Shown here one piece after another: positions 50,988-59,414 of a stretch of DNA of 64,000 nt. Below the pieces are notes generated by a model. It was given only the letters and a program-made list of their open reading frames with translations. It had not been told where the DNA came from and did no database searches. Source of the DNA: Gloeobacterales cyanobacterium (GTDB taxonomy: Bacteria; Cyanobacteriota; Cyanobacteriia; Gloeobacterales; PMM-0068). Made by a program: the position numbers and the translations under genes. Positions within the stretch are counted from its first letter, which is position 1. Each line of letters starts with the position of its first letter. Location of the stretch: contig JBBRSB010000012.1 in the NCBI GenBank assembly GCA_038245785.1, positions 54,161 to 118,160 on the forward strand. Reading direction: 5' to 3'.

Positions 50988-51413
50988 CTATTCGGGTGGA
51001 TGTTCATTCATGATTGTGAGAACTCGACGCATATTAATTACGCCCTCACGGTTGGTTTGAAGAAGGTCGGTCGTAGCGCGTCCAGATGGTGTAATCCCTA
51101 GCATCTTTGTCGCATCTGCATTCCAAGTAAAATGCTCATCCCAGTTCATTTGCCGAGGATGGAAAAGTGGAACGACTTGGTTTGTCACTGGGTCTAAGGC
51201 TTCAATTTTGGTGTATTTGTAGTTGTTGCAGGTTTGGCAGGAGAGCGCAAGATTTTCTGCTGTTGTTTTACCATTTCGGCTAACGGGTTGGATGTGGTCC
51301 ATTACAAATGGATCGACCGCATATTTTGCCTGACTATGGCAATATTCACACATTCCACAGGCGCGATCGAAGACAAGTTGCCTCAATGCAATGGGAATGT
51401 ACTCACTAGACAT
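50988..51413 (-). CDS. HNH endonuclease
   Basis: CEYC, DHIQP, NLALSCQTCNNYK, LFHPR. Confidence 0.92.
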   Translation of the reverse strand: MSSEYIPIALRQLVFDRACGMCEYCHSQAKYAVDPFVMDHIQPVSRNGKTTAENLALSCQTCNNYKYTKIEALDPVTNQVVPLFHPRQMNWDEHFTWNADATKMLGITPSGRATTDLLQTNREGVINMRRVLTIMNEHPPE

Positions 51414-51780
51414 AGTTTACAGGCTGGATGCCGAGGGTTTCCATGAGCTGTTGGAGGGAAACTTCGCGTAGTTGGGCAAGGTTGGCGAGAGCTTCAAGGC
51501 GTTGAGCACCGAGTTGTTCGATTTGGTTGCTAAGTTGGATGAGGGTGTCATATTCAAGGTCGGTGAGATTTTCGGCTTCGCGTTTGGCACGGAGGACTTG
51601 GTATTGGGCACGGAGTTCTGGGGGAATGCCTTGGTTGATTTTGTCGAGAAGTTGGGCTTCTTCTGCAGGAAGGACATGGGCTTTGCGTTGGGTACGCAGG
51701 ACAACAACCTGCTGAAGCAATCGCTCGAGGTCAGTTCCGTCGAGTTGATTAGCGGCCTTGATGAGTTCGTCGAGGCTCAT
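51406..51780 (-). CDS. HNH-associated small protein (putative antitoxin)
   Basis: EAQLLDKINQGIP..RLEALANLAQLR; overlaps the HNH start. Confidence 0.75.
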   Translation of the reverse strand: MSLDELIKAANQLDGTDLERLLQQVVVLRTQRKAHVLPAEEAQLLDKINQGIPPELRAQYQVLRAKREAENLTDLEYDTLIQLSNQIEQLGAQRLEALANLAQLREVSLQQLMETLGIQPVNYV

Positions 51781-51884
51781 GGGGACTTGGTGAGTTACGG
51801 TCGTTTCTCCATTATCTCATTTTGCGGACTAACTATTTATTAGGTTGCAAAACGGTTGTTCGACTTCGGTGTATTCAGACATGT

Positions 51885-52142
51885 TTACTGAAGTCGCTCA
51901 AAGTCAGTATCTTCCCCAACGTTGGGGATTTGGATTAATGCGTCTGCGAGCGGTGGAGGAGTCGCGGCTTTATTGGCTGTCTGCGGCGCATCGTCTCCTA
52001 CTTGGATGGGGCAACCATCTTGCCAGAGCACTGCATATTGTCCGAGACGCTTCTTTCTGTCGAGATCCTTGGCTACAGCATCTCGCAATGCCTTAAGCAT
52101 AGCGATGGACTCTGGTGAAGGTGGAACAGACTTAACGATCAT
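51885..52142 (-). CDS. Small partner of the zeta-like ATPase
   Basis: [26 protein letters not shown] overlap with the ATPase stop. Confidence 0.7.
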   Translation of the reverse strand: MIVKSVPPSPESIAMLKALRDAVAKDLDRKKRLGQYAVLWQDGCPIQVGDDAPQTANKAATPPPLADALIQIPNVGEDTDFERLQ

Positions 52143-52717
52143 GGCGTGACCTCCTTTAAGGTGATGAGATGTTGGTGATGGGTGATATTCACAATGTTAA
52201 GGAGTTCGCCCTGTTGTTCAAACACCAACTCTGGCAGTGCGTTGTTGTTCATAAAACAGCGGCAGATATCCACTTCTATGCTGAAAATATCTAACAGATT
52301 GGTGAGGCTGCGGGCAAAACGCCGATTGATATCTTCTATTGGTATATTATGCCCGCCATGGGCAACACGTTCGGCTACTCGCAGACGAGACATCTCTAGG
52401 CTAGGCAGGGCCAAATAGATCAGCTCTACTCGCCAGCCTTTGGCGCGCAAACGGCGCACGAGTTTGAGATAGCTGCGCCCTGCGAGGGTGGTCTCAAACG
52501 CAAAGTCTTCTGTTTGCTGGATACAGGTCTCGATTTCTCTGAGAAACAGGCGGCTGGCAGTCAATAAGTCACGATCGGTGTCCAGCGGAGATAATCCAGC
52601 AGCAATCAGGTCGGCATTAACAAAACGTTTACACTTCGCCACCTGCGGCAAATATTCCAACGCGAAGGTAGTTTTGCCCGCGCCATTGGGGCCAGCAATA
52701 ATCCAGCAGGTAGGCAT
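52139..52717 (-). CDS. Zeta-toxin-like P-loop ATPase
   Basis: [29 protein letters not shown]. Confidence 0.88.
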   Translation of the reverse strand: MPTCWIIAGPNGAGKTTFALEYLPQVAKCKRFVNADLIAAGLSPLDTDRDLLTASRLFLREIETCIQQTEDFAFETTLAGRSYLKLVRRLRAKGWRVELIYLALPSLEMSRLRVAERVAHGGHNIPIEDINRRFARSLTNLLDIFSIEVDICRCFMNNNALPELVFEQQGELLNIVNITHHQHLITLKEVTP

Positions 52718-52794
52718 TAGGTTGTTTCCTTTTCGGATTCATTAATGATTTGCCAGTTTTGGGCTGGCAACTGCCGTAAAAACAGCTGTTCGAC

Positions 52795-52905
52795 TTCGGC
52801 TAACGGGTTGGATATGGTCAATGACAAATGGGTCGACCGCATATTTTGATTGGCTATGGCAATATTCACACATTAATGAGTTCGTCAAGGCTCATGGGTA
52901 CTTGG
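52795..52905 (-). pseudogene. Internally deleted second copy of the 50988-51780 operon
   Basis: 52795-52874 matches 51275-51354; 52876-52905 matches 51761-51790. Confidence 0.85.
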
Positions 52906-52996
52906 GGAGAGGAATTAAGATTGTTTTTACTATAAACACGCTTATCGGGCTTTCATCATGACCCTTAAATTCTCACTTTGCAGGTTAACTCTCAAG

Positions 52997-53173
52997 ATAC
53001 AAGACAGACAGCCTTTCCGTATTGTTTGCAGGAGGCGATTCCGCTAAGAGAGACAAGCAATGGTTTATCCACCTCTGCTATACCGAAGAGGGCGACCTAA
53101 AGTTGGACTTAGATGAATTCCAACGTAGTAAATTGCAAGAAATTTTCCGTCTGAGTGCCTATAAGAAATCTTA
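52997..53173 (+). pseudogene. 3' remnant of an unknown gene; second decayed copy at about 49366-49470
   Basis: YKTDSLSVLFAGGDSAKRDKQWFIHLCYTEEGDLKLDLDEFQRSKLQEIFRLSAYKKS*; the copies differ at several synonymous third positions. Confidence 0.65.
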
Positions 53174-53211
53174 GAGGCGGTAGCTATGACTAACCAACCA
53201 GAGGTAGAGCC

Positions 53212-53463
53212 ATGAAACAGCTGAGGCGAATTACCTTGAATCCTGAAGTTATGGGCGGTAAACCCTGCATCCGAGGGCTGCGAGTTACTGTCGGCATGAT
53301 GGTTGGTCTACTTGCTTCGGGTCACTCTATCGAAGACATCCCCAATGCCTATCCATATCTGGAACGAGAAGATGTCTATGAGGCCCTGTCCTACGCTGCT
53401 TGGAGAGCTTATGAAACATTGAAGTTCCTTGTACATTGGCATAGAAGTCTCTTGGGTTTCTAG
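53212..53463 (+). CDS. DUF433 family antitoxin (3' end probably frameshifted; usual partner absent)
   Basis: RITLNPEVMGGKPCIRGLRVTV, YPYL, EALSYAA; an IEVP tail appears in a shifted frame. Confidence 0.88.
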   Translation: MKQLRRITLNPEVMGGKPCIRGLRVTVGMMVGLLASGHSIEDIPNAYPYLEREDVYEALSYAAWRAYETLKFLVHWHRSLLGF

Positions 53464-53554
53464 TTAGGGGCAGAGTTTGGGAGATGAAATAATAAAAGTC
53501 TTTAGTATCAGCTAATGTGAACTAGGGATAAGGTATCGATTGCTGGAGGAAATA

Positions 53555-53785
53555 ATGCGTAAACAAACGATTCAATACACGTCGCCCCTAGATGCACTAA
53601 TCGCGGTTGCAAAGCGGTTGAGTGTTTACGAAAGTAAGCAACAGATGGACTCAGAGGAGTTTTTTGACCAATATAGTCGGGGACAACTCTCAGATGATGT
53701 CGTATTCGTTGAATGGGCTAATGATTATCGCCATTATCTCGCTCTGCGTCGAGATCTAGAGAAAAGTCTGCAAGATGTTGCATGA
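53555..53785 (+). CDS. TumA-like antitoxin, copy 2
   Basis: GGAGG RBS; overlaps a DUF6516-like gene. Confidence 0.7.
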   Translation: MRKQTIQYTSPLDALIAVAKRLSVYESKQQMDSEEFFDQYSRGQLSDDVVFVEWANDYRHYLALRRDLEKSLQDVA

Positions 53786-54029
53786 GGCTCTAGCAGGCTA
53801 TCTTGATAGAGTTGAACGAGCAATCCTCCGTTGCAGCGATATCTATGTAGAGCATTACATCGAAGAGATTTTGACACCGGAGCGAGTGATTCTTCGAATT
53901 CGTATCCGCTTTGCTCGGCGATGCTTACTTGAAATTAATGAAGCGGTTGTGGTGTTAGAAAATAGGCTTTTACCACTCGATTATCGCTATCACTGTCAGG
54001 ACCAACAAAATCGTTTAGTTTTCCGCTGC
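53775..54029 (+). pseudogene. DUF6516/TumE-like toxin truncated after RLVFR
   Basis: LEINEAV..DYRYHCQD..NRLVFR, then unrelated sequence; the expected YD..PH..PHHKH motif is missing. Confidence 0.7.
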
Positions 54030-54407
54030 ATTTTTGCCTATGCGTTCCATGATGACTGTGGCAACAATGTTGCTAGTTGGCAAGAAAGCATGAACGACCG
54101 GAACGCTTACCTCATCTGTGATCTACGGTGCAGATGTCTCCGAAACGGCTACAATTCCATCATTCGGTTCGTCGTGGAAAACCTTGAACGTGGCGCGGAC
54201 GCCGCGTACCCCAAAAATCCCAGTGGTTGGTGCCATTAGAGGACCAACGGACTTCATTCGCTCATCCGATGCGAGCAATTTGCCGCAATCTTGCGTAACG
54301 ATTCTATAGATTGGGTTGTGTTGAAGCAGTCTCGCTATGCAAGCCGACCTAATAGGCGAACCAAGAAGAAATACCCGGATTGGCGGCCGAGTATTTTTGG
54401 GATACAC
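54015..54407 (-). pseudogene. C-terminal alpha/beta hydrolase fragment with an internal TAG
   Basis: RPPIRVFLLGSP...NDGIVAVSETSAP*ITDEVSVPVVHAF; TAG at 54123-54125. Confidence 0.6.
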
Positions 54408-54434
54408 ATCATACTCTAACGCTGCAACGATAAA

Positions 54435-54463
54435 GATTCTCTTGCAGAGAGGCTATGCCAACG
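54435..54463. repeat. Short dispersed repeat related to 49561-49589
   Basis: GATTCTCTTGCAGAGAGGCTATGCCAACG versus GATTCTCCAAGGGAAAGGCTGCACCAGCG (19/29 identical). Confidence 0.6.
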
Positions 54464-54486
54464 GGTCGAGGCTTTCCCCTAATGTC

Positions 54487-54819
54487 TCACTGATGTGGAA
54501 GAAAGCCTGTGACCTTGGATTTGAGAAGCCTCACGAGTGATGGATCCATAAACTTGTAGTTGTCTGGGATGTTGAGGCAGACTACTCGCGTATGAGACAG
54601 ATATTCCTTGTAGCGTGTAGAGAGTTTTTCTTTGTGTACTCGCTCCATGACGAAGATGATGTCTGCCCATGCGACCAACTCAGGAGTTAGCGGGTTTTCA
54701 GCGTCGTGGTTGAGACCAGCAGAGGTACACTCAATTCCTGGAGTCTCGGCAAATATCTGCTCTGCCGTTGGGCTTCGCCACTTGTTTTGACTGCATACAA
54801 ATAGAACCTTTGTTGTCAT
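54487..54819 (-). CDS. Low-molecular-weight protein tyrosine phosphatase family (cassette gene)
   Basis: LFVCSQNKWRSPTAE (Cx5R), SAG, WADIIFVME, LNIPD; ATG 8 bp after GTTAGGT. Confidence 0.9.
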   Translation of the reverse strand: MTTKVLFVCSQNKWRSPTAEQIFAETPGIECTSAGLNHDAENPLTPELVAWADIIFVMERVHKEKLSTRYKEYLSHTRVVCLNIPDNYKFMDPSLVRLLKSKVTGFLPHQ

Positions 54820-54827
54820 AGGTCAAG

Positions 54828-54897
54828 ACCTAACATTTGCCATAGGCAGTGGCTAAGACAAAGCTTTTTGGCTCTCTGATTGATGGAAGGGTTAGTG
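54828..54897 (-). other. Integron attC site (70 bp)
   Basis: CACTAAC-CCTTC-CATCAATC-30 nt-GCCTATG-GCAAAT-GTTAGGT; the TAA of the upstream frame lies inside R''. Confidence 0.8.
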
Positions 54898-55100
54898 GGC
54901 ATTCTGCAGCCAGCGGGTGGCTTCAGATCGGATAGTGAGGTTCAGTTCTGACCAAGCCTCCGCACCATATCTTCCATTGAATGAGATGTCATTCGGACCT
55001 TCCTTCAAATCGTTGGCTTCCCAATGAAGCCCAACGAGAATCTCAATATGGTGAGAATCTCCAAGATATTTCTTGGCTGGAGTGTGAAAGTCATAGTTAC
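54892..55100 (-). pseudogene. 5'-truncated cassette ORF ending in the attC R'' box
   Basis: Open frame ...NYDFHTPAKKYLGDSHHIEILVGLHWEANDLKEGPNDISFNGRYGAEAWSELNLTIRSEATRWLQNAH* with no start of its own; 5' boundary approximate. Confidence 0.6.
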
Positions 55101-55202
55101 TAGGTGTTCGTAGCTATCTCCCCAAGTGTGACATCCTGGGAGAGCAGGTACAGAACGACACCAGACATCATCATCCTGCCAGATAATAGCTTTAATTTTC
55201 AT
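55095..55202 (-). pseudogene. HicB family antitoxin, 5' half only
   Basis: MKIKAIIWQDDDVWCRSVPALPGCHTWGDSYEHL then fused to unrelated DNA; 3' boundary approximate. Confidence 0.75.
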
Positions 55203-55250
55203 GATCCCTACTCTCCTGTGCTCTATACATTTTAGGTCAAGCCGTTACGT

Positions 55251-55502
55251 CTAACTGATGAGCTTGTCATATTCCACATGAGTGCCAATCCACACCCATG
55301 AAATACCATCTTTGACTTCAACTCCCAATGCTCTGTAGCCTTTCCCAACCCGTACTAACCAGTATTGCCCAATTTTTTTGAAGTGTAGGGATGGATGTGA
55401 TGGGTCTTTCTTTAAAAATTCATAATTTTGGTCGGCGACTCTCTGAACTGACTCTGGCAAAGCGTTATAGCATTTCCAAAATCGCTGTGTTTTGTAGTGC
55501 GT
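55251..55502 (-). pseudogene. ParE/RelE-like toxin, start codon ATG changed to ACG
   Basis: (ACG)HYKTQRFWKCYNALPESVQ..DPSHPSLHFKK..WIGTHVEYDKL; expected TAATG overlap reads TAACG. Confidence 0.75.
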
Positions 55503-55702
55503 TAGAGCGCACGGCAGTTGCCCGCTTCAAATTCTGCCAGAGCTTATTGGGCAAGAAAATCAAGTTTCCCTGCCTCCATATCTTTCTCGAGTTGCTCATC
55601 CCACCGCTGCTCGTCTAAATCCAAAACCCAATCTGCAAGCTGAGTTAACTCTTGAGGTGAAAGTTTGAGAATCGCGGCTTCAATCTGTTCAACTGATGAC
55701 AT
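55502..55702 (-). pseudogene. Cognate antitoxin with a nonsense codon
   Basis: MSSVEQIEAAILKLSPQEL..WDEQLEKDMEAGKLDFLAQ*ALAEFEAGNCRAL*; TAA at 55544-55546. Confidence 0.75.
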
Positions 55703-55720
55703 TACGTAATGAAGGTTGTT

Positions 55721-55942
<222 letters not shown>

Positions 55943-56007
55943 TTATTAAACTCACTAGAGGTTGGTTCGCTGTGTAAACACAAGTTTAAACCAACTCAAA
56001 TCTGCAT

Positions 56008-56092
56008 CTGAACCGCCCCCTAAATCCCCCAATTCTGGGGGACTTTGAGTGTAGAACCCCCCAAAGTTGGGTAGCAGAGGGGCGAAATTCAG
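56008..56092. repeat. Composite GC-rich palindromic repeat (cyanobacterial REP/BIME-like)
   Basis: CTGAA..CGCCCC / GGGGCG..TTCAG outer arms; inner TCCCCCAATTCTGGGGGA and CCCAAAGTTGGG hairpins. Confidence 0.75.
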
Positions 56093-56143
56093 CGACATCA
56101 AATTTATTCCTAGGTTTTGATATACCGTAGAGTAGTTGATGGA

Positions 56144-56914
56144 TTATGACTCGTTCCGCTTTCGCCGTAACACAAAGCCATCTTTCCGCTTAAATACATA
56201 ACTCCCATCCTTTTTCAAGATAGCGATAAAGCCGTCGTTAATCCCGATTAGGAACCCCTCATGAATTGTTTTTCCTTTTTCATCGATAATAAAAGAACAA
56301 TTATTCCACTTTGACTTTTCATCGATGTGGCACCCTTTTTCAAGGAACAATTTGATTTGTTCAGTAGCAGTAAATTGCCCTTTGGCATAAGGCCACAACG
56401 AAAGCAAAGCCCAGAGAAGGGCTACCGTTATTAACCCGGTTGCGAGAACTACAAAGGAGTACCAAGTTATGAAGACGATGCCGATTGACTTGGTGAAATC
56501 CCCGAAAACGATCTCTTTAACCTTCTCAAACTGCTTATTTGCAGAGGGCTTAGTTGTTTTTTGCATGGCTTTTTGAAGGCCATACAGGACTCCAACAGTC
56601 AGAACGAAACAAGTTACTACCCAGAAAACATTGGGTGAGCTAGTGAGCCTATTTGGCCCTTCCCCTACAACTTTTGCAATTTCCCATAGAAAAAAACTGA
56701 AGACTTGATACGAATATACGTAAACCATTTGTATGGAAATAGATAAGCCACCGCTATCAACACCAAATGCACTCATATATCCATCATAGTATGCGAAGCC
56801 GAAGAGGTAAGCAATCGGAGCAAGAACAGCAATTATAGCAACCAATAATGCTACAACTCCGGAAATCATCTTAACGTAATTATCAGCAGTCTTGGGGATG
56901 TCATCAGTAGGCAT
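56144..56914 (-). CDS. Low-GC multi-TM hypothetical protein
   Basis: 256 aa, about 4 hydrophobic segments, AT-rich. Confidence 0.75.
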   Translation of the reverse strand: MPTDDIPKTADNYVKMISGVVALLVAIIAVLAPIAYLFGFAYYDGYMSAFGVDSGGLSISIQMVYVYSYQVFSFFLWEIAKVVGEGPNRLTSSPNVFWVVTCFVLTVGVLYGLQKAMQKTTKPSANKQFEKVKEIVFGDFTKSIGIVFITWYSFVVLATGLITVALLWALLSLWPYAKGQFTATEQIKLFLEKGCHIDEKSKWNNCSFIIDEKGKTIHEGFLIGINDGFIAILKKDGSYVFKRKDGFVLRRKRNES

Positions 56915-57120
56915 ATTTATCTACCAAACTAATATTTAAAAGGATTGCACGGCACACTTTTAGACAGGATTGTATAGGCAACCACTGAAGAATTTATTTG
57001 GACAAGCACATTAGGAATTCTGCATGGTAACTAGGAGTTGCAGCCAATGAGCTCTTTCCCCAATAATCAAGCCGAAGTTTACCACTGTCATACATATAGT
57101 AGTAGACTACATGGAGTCAT

Positions 57121-58335
57121 TTGTCCACAAAGGCTATGTTAGATTTCCTAAAAGTCGCTCAACAGATGCGGGGCATCGGTCGTTCTCTCTCCGACGAATC
57201 GAAATCATCCCAACGGCGCTCAGAACGAGCCAAAGAATTGTTGGAGACCTTGGCTCAAAATCAGGATGAAACCGTGGAGCGGATTCTGCCGCAACTGGCG
57301 AAAATCACCTTTAGAGTGGCAGAGCCTGTAGAAGATTTAGTGGTGGATGGACAGTGGGGTCGAGCTATTGCTCCGATTGCCAGAAATCACACCGTATTTG
57401 CAAGTGATGGATCGCAGATTAATCCCAGTCATCATGAAATTGCTTACTGCTACTTGATTAATGTCGGTCGGGTCTGTCTCCACTATGGAACTGGACTGCG
57501 CCCCACGCTGGATAGCTTTCCCGAAGTTTATTACAAAGAAGAAGACCTCTATAGTTCCTTTCAGTGGGGATTAAGCGTAGAAGATTGGTTAACGATTCGG
57601 AGAGCGAGAGCGGAAGCAGTAGGACTGACGAACCTCGTGCTGAAACATCAACCCCAGGAAGGTACCCCCTCCGTTGCGATGGTAGACGGCTCGCTGGTCC
57701 ACTGGAATGTAGAACAAGCCTATACGCCCTACCATCCAGAATTACTGCAACCGCTCTTGGAAGCCTGGGATGGTTTACGAAAGGCCAAGATTCCTCTGTG
57801 TGGCTATATAAGCTCCTCTCGAAGTTCTGACGTAGTGAACTTTGTTCGGGTTCAAGCCTGCTCCCACGAGACGCCGGACTGTGAACGTCATTGCGCCCAG
57901 CAACCTCCCCGCTTGACCCCCTGCGGCAATGGTTTATTCCCAATGACGGACTGCAAATTATGGGAAAAGTTACTCCAACCCGGTGAACGTTCGGCAATGT
58001 GGCGCAGTACTGCTCGCATCACAGACCTTTACGGTCCCCATCAGGTCTATTTCTGCTATTTGCATGTCGGTTCAGAAGTGGCACGGGTAGAGTTTCCCCA
58101 ATGGGTGGCTCTCGACCCTGTACTGCTAGACCAAACCTTGGGCGCTTGTCTCTCGCAGGTAGAACGAGGCTATGGCTATCCCGTCGCTCTGGCTGAGTCT
58201 CATAACCAAGCCGTGGTTCGCGGCGCCGACCGAGCCAGATTCTTCTCTCTCCTGGAAGAAGAGTTGGTTAGAGCTGGTTTGGCCGATGTGCGGGTATCTC
58301 ACAAAGAAAATCGCAAACGGGGCAGCATTGCTTAA
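57121..58335 (+). CDS. NurA domain nuclease
   Basis: ASDGSQ, MVDGSL, GYGYPVALAESHNQAVV. Confidence 0.9.
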   Translation: MSTKAMLDFLKVAQQMRGIGRSLSDESKSSQRRSERAKELLETLAQNQDETVERILPQLAKITFRVAEPVEDLVVDGQWGRAIAPIARNHTVFASDGSQINPSHHEIAYCYLINVGRVCLHYGTGLRPTLDSFPEVYYKEEDLYSSFQWGLSVEDWLTIRRARAEAVGLTNLVLKHQPQEGTPSVAMVDGSLVHWNVEQAYTPYHPELLQPLLEAWDGLRKAKIPLCGYISSSRSSDVVNFVRVQACSHETPDCERHCAQQPPRLTPCGNGLFPMTDCKLWEKLLQPGERSAMWRSTARITDLYGPHQVYFCYLHVGSEVARVEFPQWVALDPVLLDQTLGACLSQVERGYGYPVALAESHNQAVVRGADRARFFSLLEEELVRAGLADVRVSHKENRKRGSIA

Positions 58336-58492
58336 GAATTGACCTTATAACGCTGAAACCAGTCAAAGAAGAATTTGGATTCAGATACAAACAGTAAGCC
58401 CGAGCTACATCGACTGTCTGATTTGGCTGAAATGGTCAGGGGTGGTTAGAGTGTGATCAGGCCTACTGTTTCGATAAGGGTTGTTATAAGTC

Positions 58493-59386
58493 ATGACACC
58501 AAGGGTGTCGATTTCACTTCTCCTCAGTGGATTTTTTCTCCTCTTGCCTGGGATCGCCTTGGCTCAAACCACGGGCGACCTAAATGGTGATGGGAAGGTG
58601 GATACAGCGGACGTCACGATTTTAGAGGAGTATTTGAAAGGTTCTCGGCTCTTGGTGGACCAAGAGGTGAGTCAGGCTGATGTCAATCAAGACCGAAAAG
58701 TAGATAGCAAAGACTTGGAAGCCCTACGGCAACGATTGGGACTTGTGGCCTCTGATTCCTCTGGGCCTACACAAACGAATCAACCCAATCAGCGGGGCAA
58801 TAGGGATCAATCTCCTTCACCTGAGGCATCCAAAGAGGGGAAGACTTCCACCTTCCAGTTAGGCATTTCCGAAGCTGTACCTGAGTGGGTACGGGGAGAA
58901 TGGCGATTTCTCTCTACCGTGGTGGAGGAACGTGGTTTCAATAGTATGGGCCTAACCCACAATGAACAAATTACCCTTCCTGGCGACCTCTCTGGACAAT
59001 ATCAAGCCTATAGCGACGAAACCGGAGAGCGCTTAGAACGCTTGTGCTGGCAGGTTCTAGAGTCAGATACCAAACACTTTGTCTTCACGGAGCAATTGCG
59101 ATTTCAAAGTAATAGTGCCCTCATCCGCTCTACGGCAACTGTGAACAGACTAGAGCCGGACCAAGCGCAGATTAGAGTTCGTGTAGAGGTCCTCGATCCA
59201 GGACGTGCGGGAGAAAGCCAGGGAGTACTGGGAGGGCTATTGGGCGCACTCTTCGGAGGCGGAAGAAGCAGTAGTCCAAGCCGCGCTGGAGACTATTACG
59301 TTCGCAGCGCAACGATGAACCGGACGCCAGGGACGGAGCAAAGACGTCTGCCCAATGTGGACTTAAGCCGTCTACGGTGTAGCTGA
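58493..59386 (+). CDS. Secreted dockerin-domain protein
   Basis: Signal peptide ending ALA; GDLNGDGKVDTADV..ADVNQDRKVDSKDL duplicated Ca-binding loops. Confidence 0.85.
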   Translation: MTPRVSISLLLSGFFLLLPGIALAQTTGDLNGDGKVDTADVTILEEYLKGSRLLVDQEVSQADVNQDRKVDSKDLEALRQRLGLVASDSSGPTQTNQPNQRGNRDQSPSPEASKEGKTSTFQLGISEAVPEWVRGEWRFLSTVVEERGFNSMGLTHNEQITLPGDLSGQYQAYSDETGERLERLCWQVLESDTKHFVFTEQLRFQSNSALIRSTATVNRLEPDQAQIRVRVEVLDPGRAGESQGVLGGLLGALFGGGRSSSPSRAGDYYVRSATMNRTPGTEQRRLPNVDLSRLRCS

Positions 59387-59414
59387 GTAGTTTGGGAGGA
59401 GTGGGGAAGGGACT

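Noticed and set aside
49366..53104. ~100-bp repeat pair as a non-coding RNA or recombination site
   Set aside because: Differences include several synonymous third positions (CTT/CTC, TAC/TAT, GAG/GAA, GGT/GGC), so it is a decayed coding fragment; nearby YAAC..CAAG motifs at 52983 and 53118 were dropped for the same reason
50900..55260. Lone GTTAG/CTAAC motifs at module junctions (about 50928, 50953, 51830, 53463, 55251)
   Set aside because: A 5-mer occurs about once per kb per strand by chance, and these have no attC structure
17723..55702. Stop-codon reassignment or readthrough suggested by several in-frame TAG/TAA codons
   Set aside because: Both TAG and TAA end core genes here, the internal stops are confined to accessory DNA, and they co-occur with frameshifts and deletions; ordinary pseudogenisation is simpler
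56915..57000. attC upstream of the 56144..56914 gene (AATATTAG core)
   Set aside because: No L boxes or hairpin could be built; at most a decayed core
57121..58335. NurA as part of a defence system next to the island
   Set aside because: No adjacent HerA or other partner; it looks like the ordinary stand-alone cyanobacterial gene forming the island boundary
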